64,000 bases of DNA from Bacillota bacterium (lineage in GTDB: Bacteria; Bacillota; Clostridia; Christensenellales; UBA1242), in NCBI GenBank assembly GCA_009784555.1, contig WRBO01000005.1, positions 6,406 to 70,405 of the forward strand, in the 5' to 3' direction. Positions 52,478 to 61,552 of this stretch are shown here, piece by piece. The number at the start of each line of letters is the position of its first letter. The stretch's first letter is position 1. A model generated the notes under the pieces. That model was not told where the DNA came from and did not search any database. It was given only the letters and a program-made list of their open reading frames with translations. Both the position numbers and the translations under genes were made by a program.

Positions 52478-52508
52478 ATTGGATTTATAAAAGGAGATAA
52501 AAATTAAA

Positions 52509-53012
52509 ATGGAAAAAGTTGACAAAAAAGTAGTTCTAGCGGCGGTGTTTGGTATAGTGTTGTTTTATGGACTTCACTCTTTAGTAACCGAAATCATCAG
52601 CATCTTCCACAACTGGGGCAACCGGTTTACGGCCGTTAATGCATTGCAGGGCGAAGGGTTCCTGACAATGACACGGATTTTCACCGTAATCATCCTGTTG
52701 TCGTTTATAGCAATCTTGGTTATGAGCCTGATGAGCGTGTTTTGCCAAAAATTCGAGAGCAAGCGTAAATTGTTTGCGTTCATCTCGTTGGGACTTATTG
52801 GCCTGATGGTTGTTCTCTTGATTATTACACGCATTGCAATCCCAACCGCAACATTGGCGCAAGGCACCACTCCTCACTGGGGTGCTGGACTTTACACCTC
52901 TATGCGTACGTTGGTACTGGTCACCCTTGGTATTCCAGCCGTTTTGATGACGGTTATTGCCGCAGGCCCTGTGCTTTGCTGCAAGAAGTCGGAAGATGTA
53001 CCACAAGCGTAA
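52509..53012 (+). CDS. Integral membrane protein, function unknown
   Basis: 167 aa with four hydrophobic segments. SD AAGGAG. Confidence 0.6.
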   Translation: MEKVDKKVVLAAVFGIVLFYGLHSLVTEIISIFHNWGNRFTAVNALQGEGFLTMTRIFTVIILLSFIAILVMSLMSVFCQKFESKRKLFAFISLGLIGLMVVLLIITRIAIPTATLAQGTTPHWGAGLYTSMRTLVLVTLGIPAVLMTVIAAGPVLCCKKSEDVPQA

Positions 53013-53039
53013 TTGTAGGTACAATTAATTAAATAGAAA

Positions 53040-53064
53040 CCCCGTATCCACAGCGGGGTTTTTT
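53040..53064 (+). terminator. Intrinsic terminator
   Basis: CCCCG-tatccaca-GCGGGG followed by T6. The same 19-nt hairpin recurs inverted at 63651-63669. Confidence 0.7.
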
Positions 53065-53110
53065 CATTAGTTCGTGCGCCCTGCGCACATTTATGACACG
53101 TGGTCCGATG
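53059..53110 (+). repeat. About 50-nt direct repeat R1 (3' flank of uvrC)
   Basis: TTTTCATTAGTTCGTGCGCCCTGCGCACATTTATGACACGTGGTCCG aligns with 54793-54842. Its hairpin is GTGCGC-cct-GCGCAC (53074-53088). Confidence 0.7.
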
Positions 53111-53140
53111 TAGGTTTTTGTATACAGCAATAATATCCCC

Positions 53141-54799
53141 CTACTTCAGCCCGGGGATTGTTCGTTTGGCGCGGAGGTTTCGGTGGAAGGTGTTGGCGAA
53201 GCGGTGGGCCTCGTCCCGAACCCGTTGGAGGAGGCGGAGGGAGTAGCTGCGTTTGGAGAGTACGAGCGGAGTACTCTCCCCCGGTTTGAAGATTTCTTCG
53301 TTTTCCTTTGCCAGGGCGATGAAGTTGATTTCAGAGTTTCCCGCGACATCCATAACCGAGGATAGTTGGCCCTTGCCCCCGTCGATGACAATTAGGTCGG
53401 GGGCGATGCCGAATGAGATGTCGGGGGTTCCGATGCGGGCGAGGCGGCGGGTGATGACCTCTTGCATAGAGAGGAAGTCGTTGTTACCCATGCCGTGTTT
53501 GATTTTGAAGCGGCGGTAGAGTTTTTTCTCGGCCACGCCGTTTATGAAGACGACCATTGATGCGACCATATCCGTGCCGTCCGTGTGCGAGATGTCGTAA
53601 CATTCGATTTTTTTCGGCGGGTGGGTAAGGCCGAGTACAGTGCCCAGTTCGTCCACCGCGCCCACCGTGAATTGTTCGCGGAATTTGATTTTTTCAATGG
53701 ATGTGTCGATGTATTCATCCGCGTTGGTTTTCGCCATGTCGAGGAGTTGACGTTTAAGCGCGACCTTTGGGTTGAAGATGGTACAGCCGAGGGCGACAGC
53801 AACTTCCGTCATCGGAAATTCCGCGACGATTTGTTCGGGCACCACGTTTTGTTGATAATATTGCATTACGAAGCCAGAGAGCATGTCTTCCTCTGACTGT
53901 ACCCCCGCATGTTGTTCCGAGAAGTTTTGTATCCCGATTAATTTGCCCGCACGTACGGAGAGTACCGACACAACGAACACGTCCCCGCGGATTGCGTATG
54001 AGAAGACATCCGCGTTCAGGTCGCGCGCGACGTGGGTTATCGTGCGGTCACGCAATTTATCGAGGAAGTTCATACCGTTACGATAGCGGATTGCAATTTC
54101 AAATTGTTCAAGGGCGGCCGCGTTTTCCATTTTTGATTGGAGTTTTTCGCGTGCGCCGAATTCCCGTTCCCCGCGCAAAAAAGATTTAACATCGTCGATT
54201 ATTTTTAAGCATTCTTCGCGCGTTACCCGTTTGGCACAAGGGGCCAAGCACCGCCCGATTTGATGGTTTATGCAGGGTGTTTTTTTCGCAAATTCGACTT
54301 TGGAACATGTGCGTAATGGAAAGATGTCGAGAAGAGTGTCGAGTAGTTCGGATGCCCAGATGCCGTTGAAGTATGGCCCGAAGTATTTGCCGCCTTTTGT
54401 TAGTTTGCGGGTGACCTCTAGATACGGCCAGTCGCCGTCAGTTACCTTTATATATGGAAAGGTTTTGCTGTCTTTTAATAATATATTGTAGTGGGGTTGG
54501 TGTTTTTTGACCAAGTTGGCCTCTAGCCCCAGGGCGTCGTTTTCCGTTTTGGTGATGAAGTAGTCGAAGTCGCGCACCCGTTCCAGCATTGCGGTTACTT
54601 TTGCATCGTGACTGCCGCTCTTGAAGTAACTGCCCAATCTTGCGCGCAGGGCCTTGGCCTTGCCAATGTAGATGATGTGCCCCGCCCCATCGCGCATGAG
54701 GTAGACCCCAGGTTTTGCGGGGACGAGGGCGAGTTTTTCGTGGATTGGCCCTTGGGGGGGGTTATTGATTTTTGATTTTTCACTGGGGGGGGTTTCCAT
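53141..54799 (-). CDS. uvrC: Excinuclease ABC subunit C
   Basis: GIY-YIG domain (PGVYLMRDGAGHIIYIGKAKALRARLGSYF), a UVR domain and a C-terminal (HhH)2. The only plausible starts are the ATG at 54799 (METPPSEKSKINNPPQG...) or upstream to 54871. Either way both C8 tracts fall inside the coding sequence. Confidence 0.9.
   Translation of the reverse strand: METPPSEKSKINNPPQGPIHEKLALVPAKPGVYLMRDGAGHIIYIGKAKALRARLGSYFKSGSHDAKVTAMLERVRDFDYFITKTENDALGLEANLVKKHQPHYNILLKDSKTFPYIKVTDGDWPYLEVTRKLTKGGKYFGPYFNGIWASELLDTLLDIFPLRTCSKVEFAKKTPCINHQIGRCLAPCAKRVTREECLKIIDDVKSFLRGEREFGAREKLQSKMENAAALEQFEIAIRYRNGMNFLDKLRDRTITHVARDLNADVFSYAIRGDVFVVSVLSVRAGKLIGIQNFSEQHAGVQSEEDMLSGFVMQYYQQNVVPEQIVAEFPMTEVAVALGCTIFNPKVALKRQLLDMAKTNADEYIDTSIEKIKFREQFTVGAVDELGTVLGLTHPPKKIECYDISHTDGTDMVASMVVFINGVAEKKLYRRFKIKHGMGNNDFLSMQEVITRRLARIGTPDISFGIAPDLIVIDGGKGQLSSVMDVAGNSEINFIALAKENEEIFKPGESTPLVLSKRSYSLRLLQRVRDEAHRFANTFHRNLRAKRTIPGLK
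54749..54795 (+). repeat. Twin-G8 core motif, copy D (antisense to the uvrC 5' coding region)
   Basis: CCCTTGGGGGGGGTTATTGATTTTTGATTTTTCACTGGGGGGGGTTT, with G8 at 54754-54761 and 54785-54792. It is nearly identical to the reverse complement of 43191-43237. Confidence 0.75.
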
Positions 54800-54842
54800 T
54801 AATCCGTGGGCTGTGCCCACATTTATAACACGTGGTCCGTGG
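54793..54842 (+). repeat. About 50-nt direct repeat R2 (5' end of uvrC)
   Basis: TTTCCATTAATCCGTGGGCTGTGCCCACATTTATAACACGTGGTCCG. Its hairpin GTGGGC-tgt-GCCCAC (54806-54820) carries compensatory changes relative to R1. Confidence 0.7.
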
Positions 54843-54998
54843 TTTGTTGAGTCTTGCACCTTTTTCATCACTTTACCATATCATGGTTTTTTTCATAGTC
54901 AAGAGAGTTCCTGACACTTTTTGAAGAATTGAAACATGTTGTAAATCCCGCCTTGAATTGATATACTATGAGGTAATTGTTGAAGGAGATTTTTTTAC

Positions 54999-57236
54999 AT
55001 GCAAAACAAGCAACAAGCACCAAAGAAAAGCCCGTGGAGTACGATTTTGATTTTGGCCGGGGTTATTGTATTAGTCCTCTTGTTGGCCAATAGCAATATC
55101 ACCGGTGCGAACACACCGCCCCGCAGGGACTTTTCGCATTTTTCCACGCAAATCGGTTTGCAGACAGATGCGAGCGGGAACATGACATTTGTTGACAACC
55201 AGATACACAGTGTGTTCCAGCGCGGAAATACATTTTACGTGTTGAACAATTCCGCCGAGGGGTTGTCGCCAGCGCAGGTTACACGTTTTAACGAGAATCC
55301 AGGGCGTCATGCGGATTTTACGTTCTTTTTCCAGAATACGGATTTCATTGTTGAGATTGTATTGGCCCAGCGTAACCAAGCCCCAGCAAACCAGCAAATC
55401 CAGTTTGATGCACGTAGTGTCGGCACGAACCCGTGGGATTATGTTTTCATGTTCTTGCCGCTTTTATTATTGATTGGGTTTTTTGTTTTCATTATGAGAG
55501 CGATGAGCGGGCGCGGCAGTGGTATCAGCGGCATGGGCCGTCACCGTGCGCAGATGACACGCGACAGCAACGTTCGTTTTGGTGATGTTGCGGGTATCGA
55601 GGAAGAGAAGGAAGAAGTTCGCGAGATTGTACAATTTTTGCGTAATCCAAAGAAGTTTTTGGATTTAGGTGCGCGTATTCCAAAAGGGTTTTTATTGATT
55701 GGTTCGCCAGGTACGGGTAAGACATTGTTGGCGAAGGCGATTGCCGGCGAAGCCAATGTTCCTTTCTTTTCGATTAGTGGCTCGGATTTTAGCGAGATGT
55801 TAGTTGGTGTTGGGCCGAGTCGTATGCGTGATTTGTTCGAGCAGGCAAAGGCAAATGCGCCGTGTATTATTTTCATAGATGAGATTGACAGTATTGCCCG
55901 TATGCGCGGTGTTGGGATAAGCGGTGCCGCCGAGGAAAACGAGCAGACGTTGAACCAGTTGTTGGTTCAGATGGATGGGTTTACAAAGTCCGAGGGTGTT
56001 ATTGTGTTGGCCGCGACAAACCGTCCAGATGTGTTAGACCAAGCGTTGTTGCGCCCGGGTCGATTTGACCGTCAGATTGTTGTACAGATGCCAGACGTTG
56101 CGGGCCGTGAGAAAATATTAAAGGTGCATGCAAAGTCCAAGCCGTTGGCGGCCGATGTTGACCTGAAACGTGTTGCGCAGATTATCAGCGGGTTTACGGG
56201 TGCGGATATTGAGAACCTGATGAACGAGGCCGCGATTATCGCCGCAAAGCGTGACCGTCGTAAGATAACTATGGTTGACATTACCGAGGGGATTAACAAG
56301 GTATTGTTGGGGCCGCAAAAGAAAAGTCGCATTATTACCGAAGAAGACAAGAAAATCACGGCATTCCACGAGGCGGGTCATGCGGTTGTAAGTTACATGT
56401 TGCAACCAAAGCAGGTTGTGCAGGAAGTGTCTATTGTTCCGCGTGGAATGGCCGCGGGATATACCCTGACGAATGACCAAGATGATGTGACGGCGCATAA
56501 GTCCAAGAGTTTCCTTAAAACCCAGTTGGCCGTTTATATGGGTGGACGTGCCGCAGAAGCCGTGTTCATTGGTGATTATTGCACCGGGGCGACCCAAGAT
56601 ATTAAGATGGCGACGGGATTGGCCGAGCGTATGGTTACGCAGTTTGGGATGAGCGAGAAGTTAGGGCCGTTGTATTTCGGTCGTCATGACGAGGCCATGA
56701 TGCGTGCGTACGAGGACAAGCGCATTAGTGACAAGATGCAGGAATTGATTGATAGTGAAGTCCGTGCCTTTGTAGAGGAAGGTAAAGAAACCGCGACAAA
56801 GATAATGAATGACAAGAGGAAAGAAATCAAGTTGATGGTTGACGTGTTATTAGAGCGTGAGACGATTTACAAAGAGGACGTCGAGTTGATTATGAGCGGT
56901 GCGAAGAAGGATGATGTGTTGGCGCAGATTGAGGCACGTTTGACCGCCGCAAAAGAAGCCGAGGCCGCCGAGAAAATCGAGTCGCTGTTGGAGTCGTTGA
57001 ACCGTGATTTGGACAAAATACGCGAGATGGCGAAGTTGTTTATCGCGCAAGGAATACGTCCCGCCGAGTTGTTGGAGCAGTTGGAAGTTAATTTCGAGAT
57101 GGCTCGCGGTGTTGTTCGTGGTGGGGGGCGTTTGGAAGTCCTTCCTACCCTTGACAATGTGGACAATTATGCTAACCTAGTTAAAGTAGAGAAAACAGAG
57201 GAAGTAAAGGAAGAAGTTACAGATGAAACTAAATAA
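54999..57236 (+). CDS. ftsH: ATP-dependent zinc metalloprotease FtsH
   Basis: Two TM segments, AAA Walker [14 protein letters not shown], Walker B IIFIDEID, the SRH region, the zinc motif HEAGHAV, and an acidic C-terminal tail. Confidence 0.95.
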   Translation: MQNKQQAPKKSPWSTILILAGVIVLVLLLANSNITGANTPPRRDFSHFSTQIGLQTDASGNMTFVDNQIHSVFQRGNTFYVLNNSAEGLSPAQVTRFNENPGRHADFTFFFQNTDFIVEIVLAQRNQAPANQQIQFDARSVGTNPWDYVFMFLPLLLLIGFFVFIMRAMSGRGSGISGMGRHRAQMTRDSNVRFGDVAGIEEEKEEVREIVQFLRNPKKFLDLGARIPKGFLLIGSPGTGKTLLAKAIAGEANVPFFSISGSDFSEMLVGVGPSRMRDLFEQAKANAPCIIFIDEIDSIARMRGVGISGAAEENEQTLNQLLVQMDGFTKSEGVIVLAATNRPDVLDQALLRPGRFDRQIVVQMPDVAGREKILKVHAKSKPLAADVDLKRVAQIISGFTGADIENLMNEAAIIAAKRDRRKITMVDITEGINKVLLGPQKKSRIITEEDKKITAFHEAGHAVVSYMLQPKQVVQEVSIVPRGMAAGYTLTNDQDDVTAHKSKSFLKTQLAVYMGGRAAEAVFIGDYCTGATQDIKMATGLAERMVTQFGMSEKLGPLYFGRHDEAMMRAYEDKRISDKMQELIDSEVRAFVEEGKETATKIMNDKRKEIKLMVDVLLERETIYKEDVELIMSGAKKDDVLAQIEARLTAAKEAEAAEKIESLLESLNRDLDKIREMAKLFIAQGIRPAELLEQLEVNFEMARGVVRGGGRLEVLPTLDNVDNYANLVKVEKTEEVKEEVTDETK

Positions 57237-57879
57237 AGGCTTTTGGATTACGTGGGCGGTTTCGTCCCTGGCGGTGGTGATGTTCGTTGTTGCGTCCATT
57301 TCGATTGCGTTCAGTACACAGCGCGTGCAGTATGGATTGGATTTCGACATGAACTATATCAACACCGTTGAAGTTTGGTCTAATCCAGACCGCGGGTTTG
57401 TTGCGTATGTTGACCTTTTGCCCGAGCGTATAATGCAAAATCAGGCCGTTCACCAAGTTATGACCGAATTGAACCGCGCGCACAGTACAAACCGTTTGGC
57501 GCAAATCTTTCAGGCATCGGGTGAGAATGTGAGTGTTGGTTGGAATACGGGCGGCAACAACAGTACCGACCAAATTATCCGCAACAACAACGGGTTGTTT
57601 ATTAAAATTAACTTTCGCGTGCCGCAGTTTGGTATTGCGGGTACGGGTGCATCGGGTAACCCGCACCGTATAGTGCCAGCGGCGCAGGCCGAAAGTGCAA
57701 CTATGCGCATTCACCAAATATTCATTCCATTGGGGAACCAAACAAATTCATGGCAGGCCCAAGATTGGTTCGTTAACATTAACGAGAGTCCAAACGACCG
57801 AATTGATTTCCGTATTCAGACATTTGGGAATTACTGGGCCTTGGCGAACTTGGTTCGTGACCTTCACGTGTTCCGATAA
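57223..57879 (+). CDS. Membrane-anchored hypothetical protein
   Basis: 218 aa with an N-terminal TM (WITWAVSSLAVVMFVVASISIAF). Its start overlaps the ftsH 3' end. Confidence 0.55.
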   Translation: MKLNKGFWITWAVSSLAVVMFVVASISIAFSTQRVQYGLDFDMNYINTVEVWSNPDRGFVAYVDLLPERIMQNQAVHQVMTELNRAHSTNRLAQIFQASGENVSVGWNTGGNNSTDQIIRNNNGLFIKINFRVPQFGIAGTGASGNPHRIVPAAQAESATMRIHQIFIPLGNQTNSWQAQDWFVNINESPNDRIDFRIQTFGNYWALANLVRDLHVFR

Positions 57880-57895
57880 TTATGTGAAAATGAGT

Positions 57896-57924
57896 TAAAA
57901 ACCGGCGATTGTCGGTTTTTTTTG
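57896..57924 (+). terminator. Intrinsic terminator
   Basis: AAAAACCGGCGATTGTCGGTTTTTTTT: stem AACCG/CGGTT followed by T8. Confidence 0.7.
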
Positions 57925-58000
57925 TGCCTCTGCTCCGCCCTGTCCAGAATTTTTTGACAGGTGGATTTTTGGTGTGGTAGATTTAGATAAAGGGGTGCAA

Positions 58001-58444
58001 GTGAAAAAGAAGATTTTGATTGGTATAATGATGATTGCTGTGTCGCTGATGTTTGTTTGATGTGGGGGGCGTTCACCTCATCCACCACAAACGCAAGGTG
58101 ACTTCGTGCTGACGATATCTGTTAGCTCAACGTCTTTTCGTCAGGATGAAAGTATCCTTGTCGAAGGTAGACTTGAGAACAGGAGTGGACAATCACATTA
58201 CATAACTCATTGGGGTCTGTTTCGGCCTCATATTCCTGGTGTGGATTTTGGTGACGTCATCGCAGTAGAAACCGTTGTTTATTTTGCAAAAGATGAAGTA
58301 ATTCACCTGTCTTGGGATTTTCTTCACGGCCTAGAACAAGGCAGACATTATGTTGCGTTTAGTTCAGGATTTTTATTGAACCACGCAGAATCTGATGAGC
58401 CAATCGAGTTATGGTCAAACACAATCAATTTGAGAGTTAGATAA
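58001..58444 (+). pseudogene. Lipoprotein paralogue interrupted by an in-frame TGA at the lipobox glycine
   Basis: GTG start after AAAGGGG. The product reads VKKKILIGIMMIAVSLMFV-TGA-CGGRSPHPPQTQGDFVLTISV. The paralogue at 58461 reads SLMFVGCGG with GGA at the same codon (58058-58060). The remainder (58106-58444) stays open. Confidence 0.6.
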
Positions 58445-58460
58445 TAAGAGGAGGTTCAAT

Positions 58461-58931
58461 ATGAAAGTTTTTAGGAATTGGATAGTTGTTGTGATGTTGA
58501 TTACTGTGTCGCTGATGTTTGTTGGATGCGGAGGGAGACCTAAACATCCACAGACACTGGATGGAGATTTTTTGCTGACGATTTTCGCCGAACAGACGAC
58601 AGTTCGACGTGGTGAGAATTTCAGAATAAATGTGTCTTTGAAAAATCAAAGTGATGGGGATATAGAAATAGTTTATTTTGTTGAATGGGTAAGGGCGCAC
58701 ATACCAAATTGGAACGATACAGTTCAGTCATTTGATTTTCCAGAATATCCTCAACGATTAGTTGTTAACAGCGGGGATAGCATTAATACGACATGGCTGA
58801 TTGGTTACAATTTGCCTCGTGGTCGTCACAATCTCATTGCCGAGACACGTTTTCAGATATTTCAAGACGGAGTATATTCAGAGCGTATGGAAATTTGGTC
58901 AAACACAATCAGTTTGAGAGTCCGAAGATAA
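58461..58931 (+). CDS. Lipoprotein, function unknown (paralogue of 58001-58444)
   Basis: SD AGGAGG. Lipobox LMFVGC. It shares the C-terminal WSNTI(N/S)LRVR with the upstream paralogue. Confidence 0.7.
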   Translation: MKVFRNWIVVVMLITVSLMFVGCGGRPKHPQTLDGDFLLTIFAEQTTVRRGENFRINVSLKNQSDGDIEIVYFVEWVRAHIPNWNDTVQSFDFPEYPQRLVVNSGDSINTTWLIGYNLPRGRHNLIAETRFQIFQDGVYSERMEIWSNTISLRVRR

Positions 58932-58941
58932 AGGGGTGTAT

Positions 58942-59103
58942 ATGAAAAAATTTTTAATTGGATTGGCGATTGTGTTAGTGTTAGGTTTTCTGTCATTACT
59001 GTTTTGGCGATATGTCATTTTTGTTCCTCCTGAAGTTGATAGAAATGATTTACTGCCAATAGACCCAACCAATACACAAAATGTAGTTGATGTGATAAAG
59101 TAA
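58942..59103 (+). CDS. 53-aa single-TM protein duplicating the N-terminus of the S8 peptidase
   Basis: Encodes MKKFLIGLAIVLVLGFLSLLFWRYVIF..., preceded by AAAGGGG. Its first 16 residues match the peptidase N-terminus MKKFLIGLAIGLVLAF. It is too short for the ORF track. Confidence 0.4.
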   Translation: MKKFLIGLAIVLVLGFLSLLFWRYVIFVPPEVDRNDLLPIDPTNTQNVVDVIK

Positions 59104-59118
59104 AACAAAGGAGCGCAA

Positions 59119-61496
59119 ATGAAAAAATTTTTAATTGGATTAGCGATTGGATTGGTGTTGGCGTTTGTTGGGTGGGTGATATATGTGGCTTGTATAAGAT
59201 ATCAAGAAGACGGCGGAGCGGAAGGCTTCCCAGAACATGTTACCAGAGGACTTAATGCAGATATGGCAGTTGCCTATTTAAGCGAAGAATATCATATTAG
59301 CACACCATCAGAGGTGAGCTCAATTGTTGTTGTGTTGAATGGCGATGTATGCATTTTCCGAACTTTTACAGTACGTGATTTTATTGGATATGGAGTAGTG
59401 TATGTAGAGGAAATTACACCGAGCCTTGAACTTGCACGAAGACAAATATGGACACGTTCATACAATCCGTCATGGAAAGTTGATTTGAACTACTTTAGGC
59501 GAATATTGTTGTTAGTTGTCTCTGAACTACATCAAGAAAGTGCATTTACGGAAACAAGAATGTCCATGGAAAATAATCTTGTAGGCAACAGATATATTTT
59601 TAGTGCCGAATTGGATAGTTCAATGCATTGCGATTTTTCTGAATCAGTTATTGTGAACGACCCGTACTTTTCACGGCAATGGAATGCTAACCATATTGGA
59701 TTGCCACAAGCATGGTCGCTTACAATGGGTTCGCCAAATATCACCGTTGGGATTATAGATAGTGGCATTCAAACTACACATAAGGATTTTGGTGCAAGAT
59801 TCAATACACGGGCTAGTGCAGGTTTCTATGAAGCTAGGTTATTTGGCAACTATACCGGAATACATACTACTATTGAACCTTTTAATGACGATACTGGACA
59901 CGGTACAGCTACTGCTGGCGTTATAGGAGCCTCTGTAAATAATGGAATGGGATAGCGGGAGTGGCTCCACACGTGCAGATGGCATCGTTGCGAGTTGGTA
60001 GAGCTGGTGGATGGCCGAGGTCAGCTGTTATTCGCGCTTTAGCTCATGCCACTAATAATGGCTTGAGGATAGTAAATATGAGTGGAGGATATAACACGAA
60101 TTACGCTAACATTGAGCAAGCTGTAAGAAATTTTCCTGGGTTATTGATTGCAACTGCGGGTAATAATGCACAAAACAACGGTAGGTTCCCAGGTGCGCTC
60201 AATCTTCCAAATGTGATTGGTGTTGGAGCACTTGATAGCAGTGGTCAACGGTCAATATGGCGAAATAGTGCGGGAGTATACGCAGGAAGTTCAGGCTTTG
60301 GAACGAATATTGATATCTTTGCTCCAGGTACAGATATTTATACTACAGACAGATGTGTTGTGGGTGTGAGGCGCGTTAATGGCACATCAGTTGCCGCCCC
60401 ACACGTTGCAGGTGTTGCGGCGTTGATGTTGTCGGCAAACCCAAATTTGACAGGGCCACAATTACGTAACCACATTTTGAATTCCGCCGACAGGATATAC
60501 ATAGGCACACCCATTGGTACTATGAATGTGAGGAGTCTAAACGCCGAGAACGCGGTAAGATTAGCACATGGCTTGCCCCTTGCCGTTCGCACGTTTGGGC
60601 AACTTCACAATATTCGTCACAACACATCTGGCAGTTTTCAACTGATGAACAATATTGACCTTTCCAGTAATTTTCAAGTCCTTAACCGCGGTATCAATCC
60701 AAATATGCCATGGACACCAATCCCTAATTTCACGGGGGTGTTGGATGGGCGCGGGTATGCGATTGAAAATATGAACATTACGTCCGCGGGAAATGGTGCC
60801 AATGTGGGATTGTTTGGTATTAACAGCGGGACGATTACGAATTTGCGAATACATAATTCCAACATCAATTTACCGTACGACGGGGTCAGTAATAATATCG
60901 GATTTATCGCGGGTATAAATCATGGAACAATACGCAATGTTGGTGTATTTTCCAGTTATATAGAGGCAATTCGATGGAACGCAAACATAGGCGGTATCGT
61001 TGGGATAAATCACGGGGAAATAAACACCGCGCGATTTGAATTTGGTCATGTGATTGGTGCGGGAAATTTGGGTGGAATTGCAGGCGCGAATATGGGAACA
61101 ACCACATCGCATCCGTGGGTAAGACATACCGAAATTCGTCACGCCACAATAGGACATCATTTGGTACATGTTAACCGCGCAGTGGGTGGTATTGTTGGTC
61201 ATAACGAGCGGGCGTTTCTTTGGGATAGTAGTGTGCACAATACAGTTGTTACAAATATAAGCGTTTGGAACGCGTGGCAGTTTTCGCCGCCTATGGGGTT
61301 GATTGTTGGGACTTTGCATTATTCCAATTTAGAGCGTGTTGGGCGAACGAATTCTTATTTAAGGAGGGGCGCGTTGGCCGATAGTCAATTGGCTTTCTTT
61401 GGTAGATTTTGGGACCCGTCATGGCCGTGGGCGGGAAATGTAACGGGGATTACGCATATACTTTCTTTACCTTTGCCAGAAGAATTTGCCGCGTAA
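59119..61496 (+). pseudogene. Subtilisin-like S8 serine peptidase with C-terminal GLUG-type repeats, split by a 1-nt frameshift
   Basis: Catalytic Asp (VGIIDSGI) and His (DDTGHGTATAGVIGA) lie in frame 1, which stops at 59953-59955. The expected continuation IAGVAPHVQMASLRV and the Ser motif NGTSVAAPHVAGVAALM lie in the -1 frame from 59952. C-terminal repeats include VGLFGINSGTITN, IGGIVGINHGEIN and LGGIAGANMG. Confidence 0.75.
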
Positions 61497-61552
61497 TTCA
61501 ATGATTAATTCAAACATTTGCAATGTTTACGCATAAATGCTATATTTTCATC

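Noticed and set aside
54800-54871. Treating the 24-codon upstream extension (MMKKVQDSTNHGPRVINVGTAHGL) as definite uvrC coding sequence
   Set aside because: It is composed of the R2 repeat, has only a weak SD, and has no counterpart in UvrC proteins as I know them. The start is left ambiguous between 54799 and 54871.
58058-58060. Genome-wide UGA reassignment (code 25 Gly or code 4 Trp), suggested by TGA at a conserved glycine codon
   Set aside because: TGA acts as a genuine stop in tight ATGA stop/start overlaps (36010-36013; 42361-64) and terminates the CPBP gene at 15670-15672 at a normal length. The 3850-aa and 2562-aa ORFs contain no in-frame TGA at all.
59945-59960. Programmed -1 ribosomal frameshift in the S8 peptidase
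   Set aside because: There is no X XXY YYZ slippery heptamer at the shift site and no obvious downstream stimulatory structure. A simple indel is more parsimonious.
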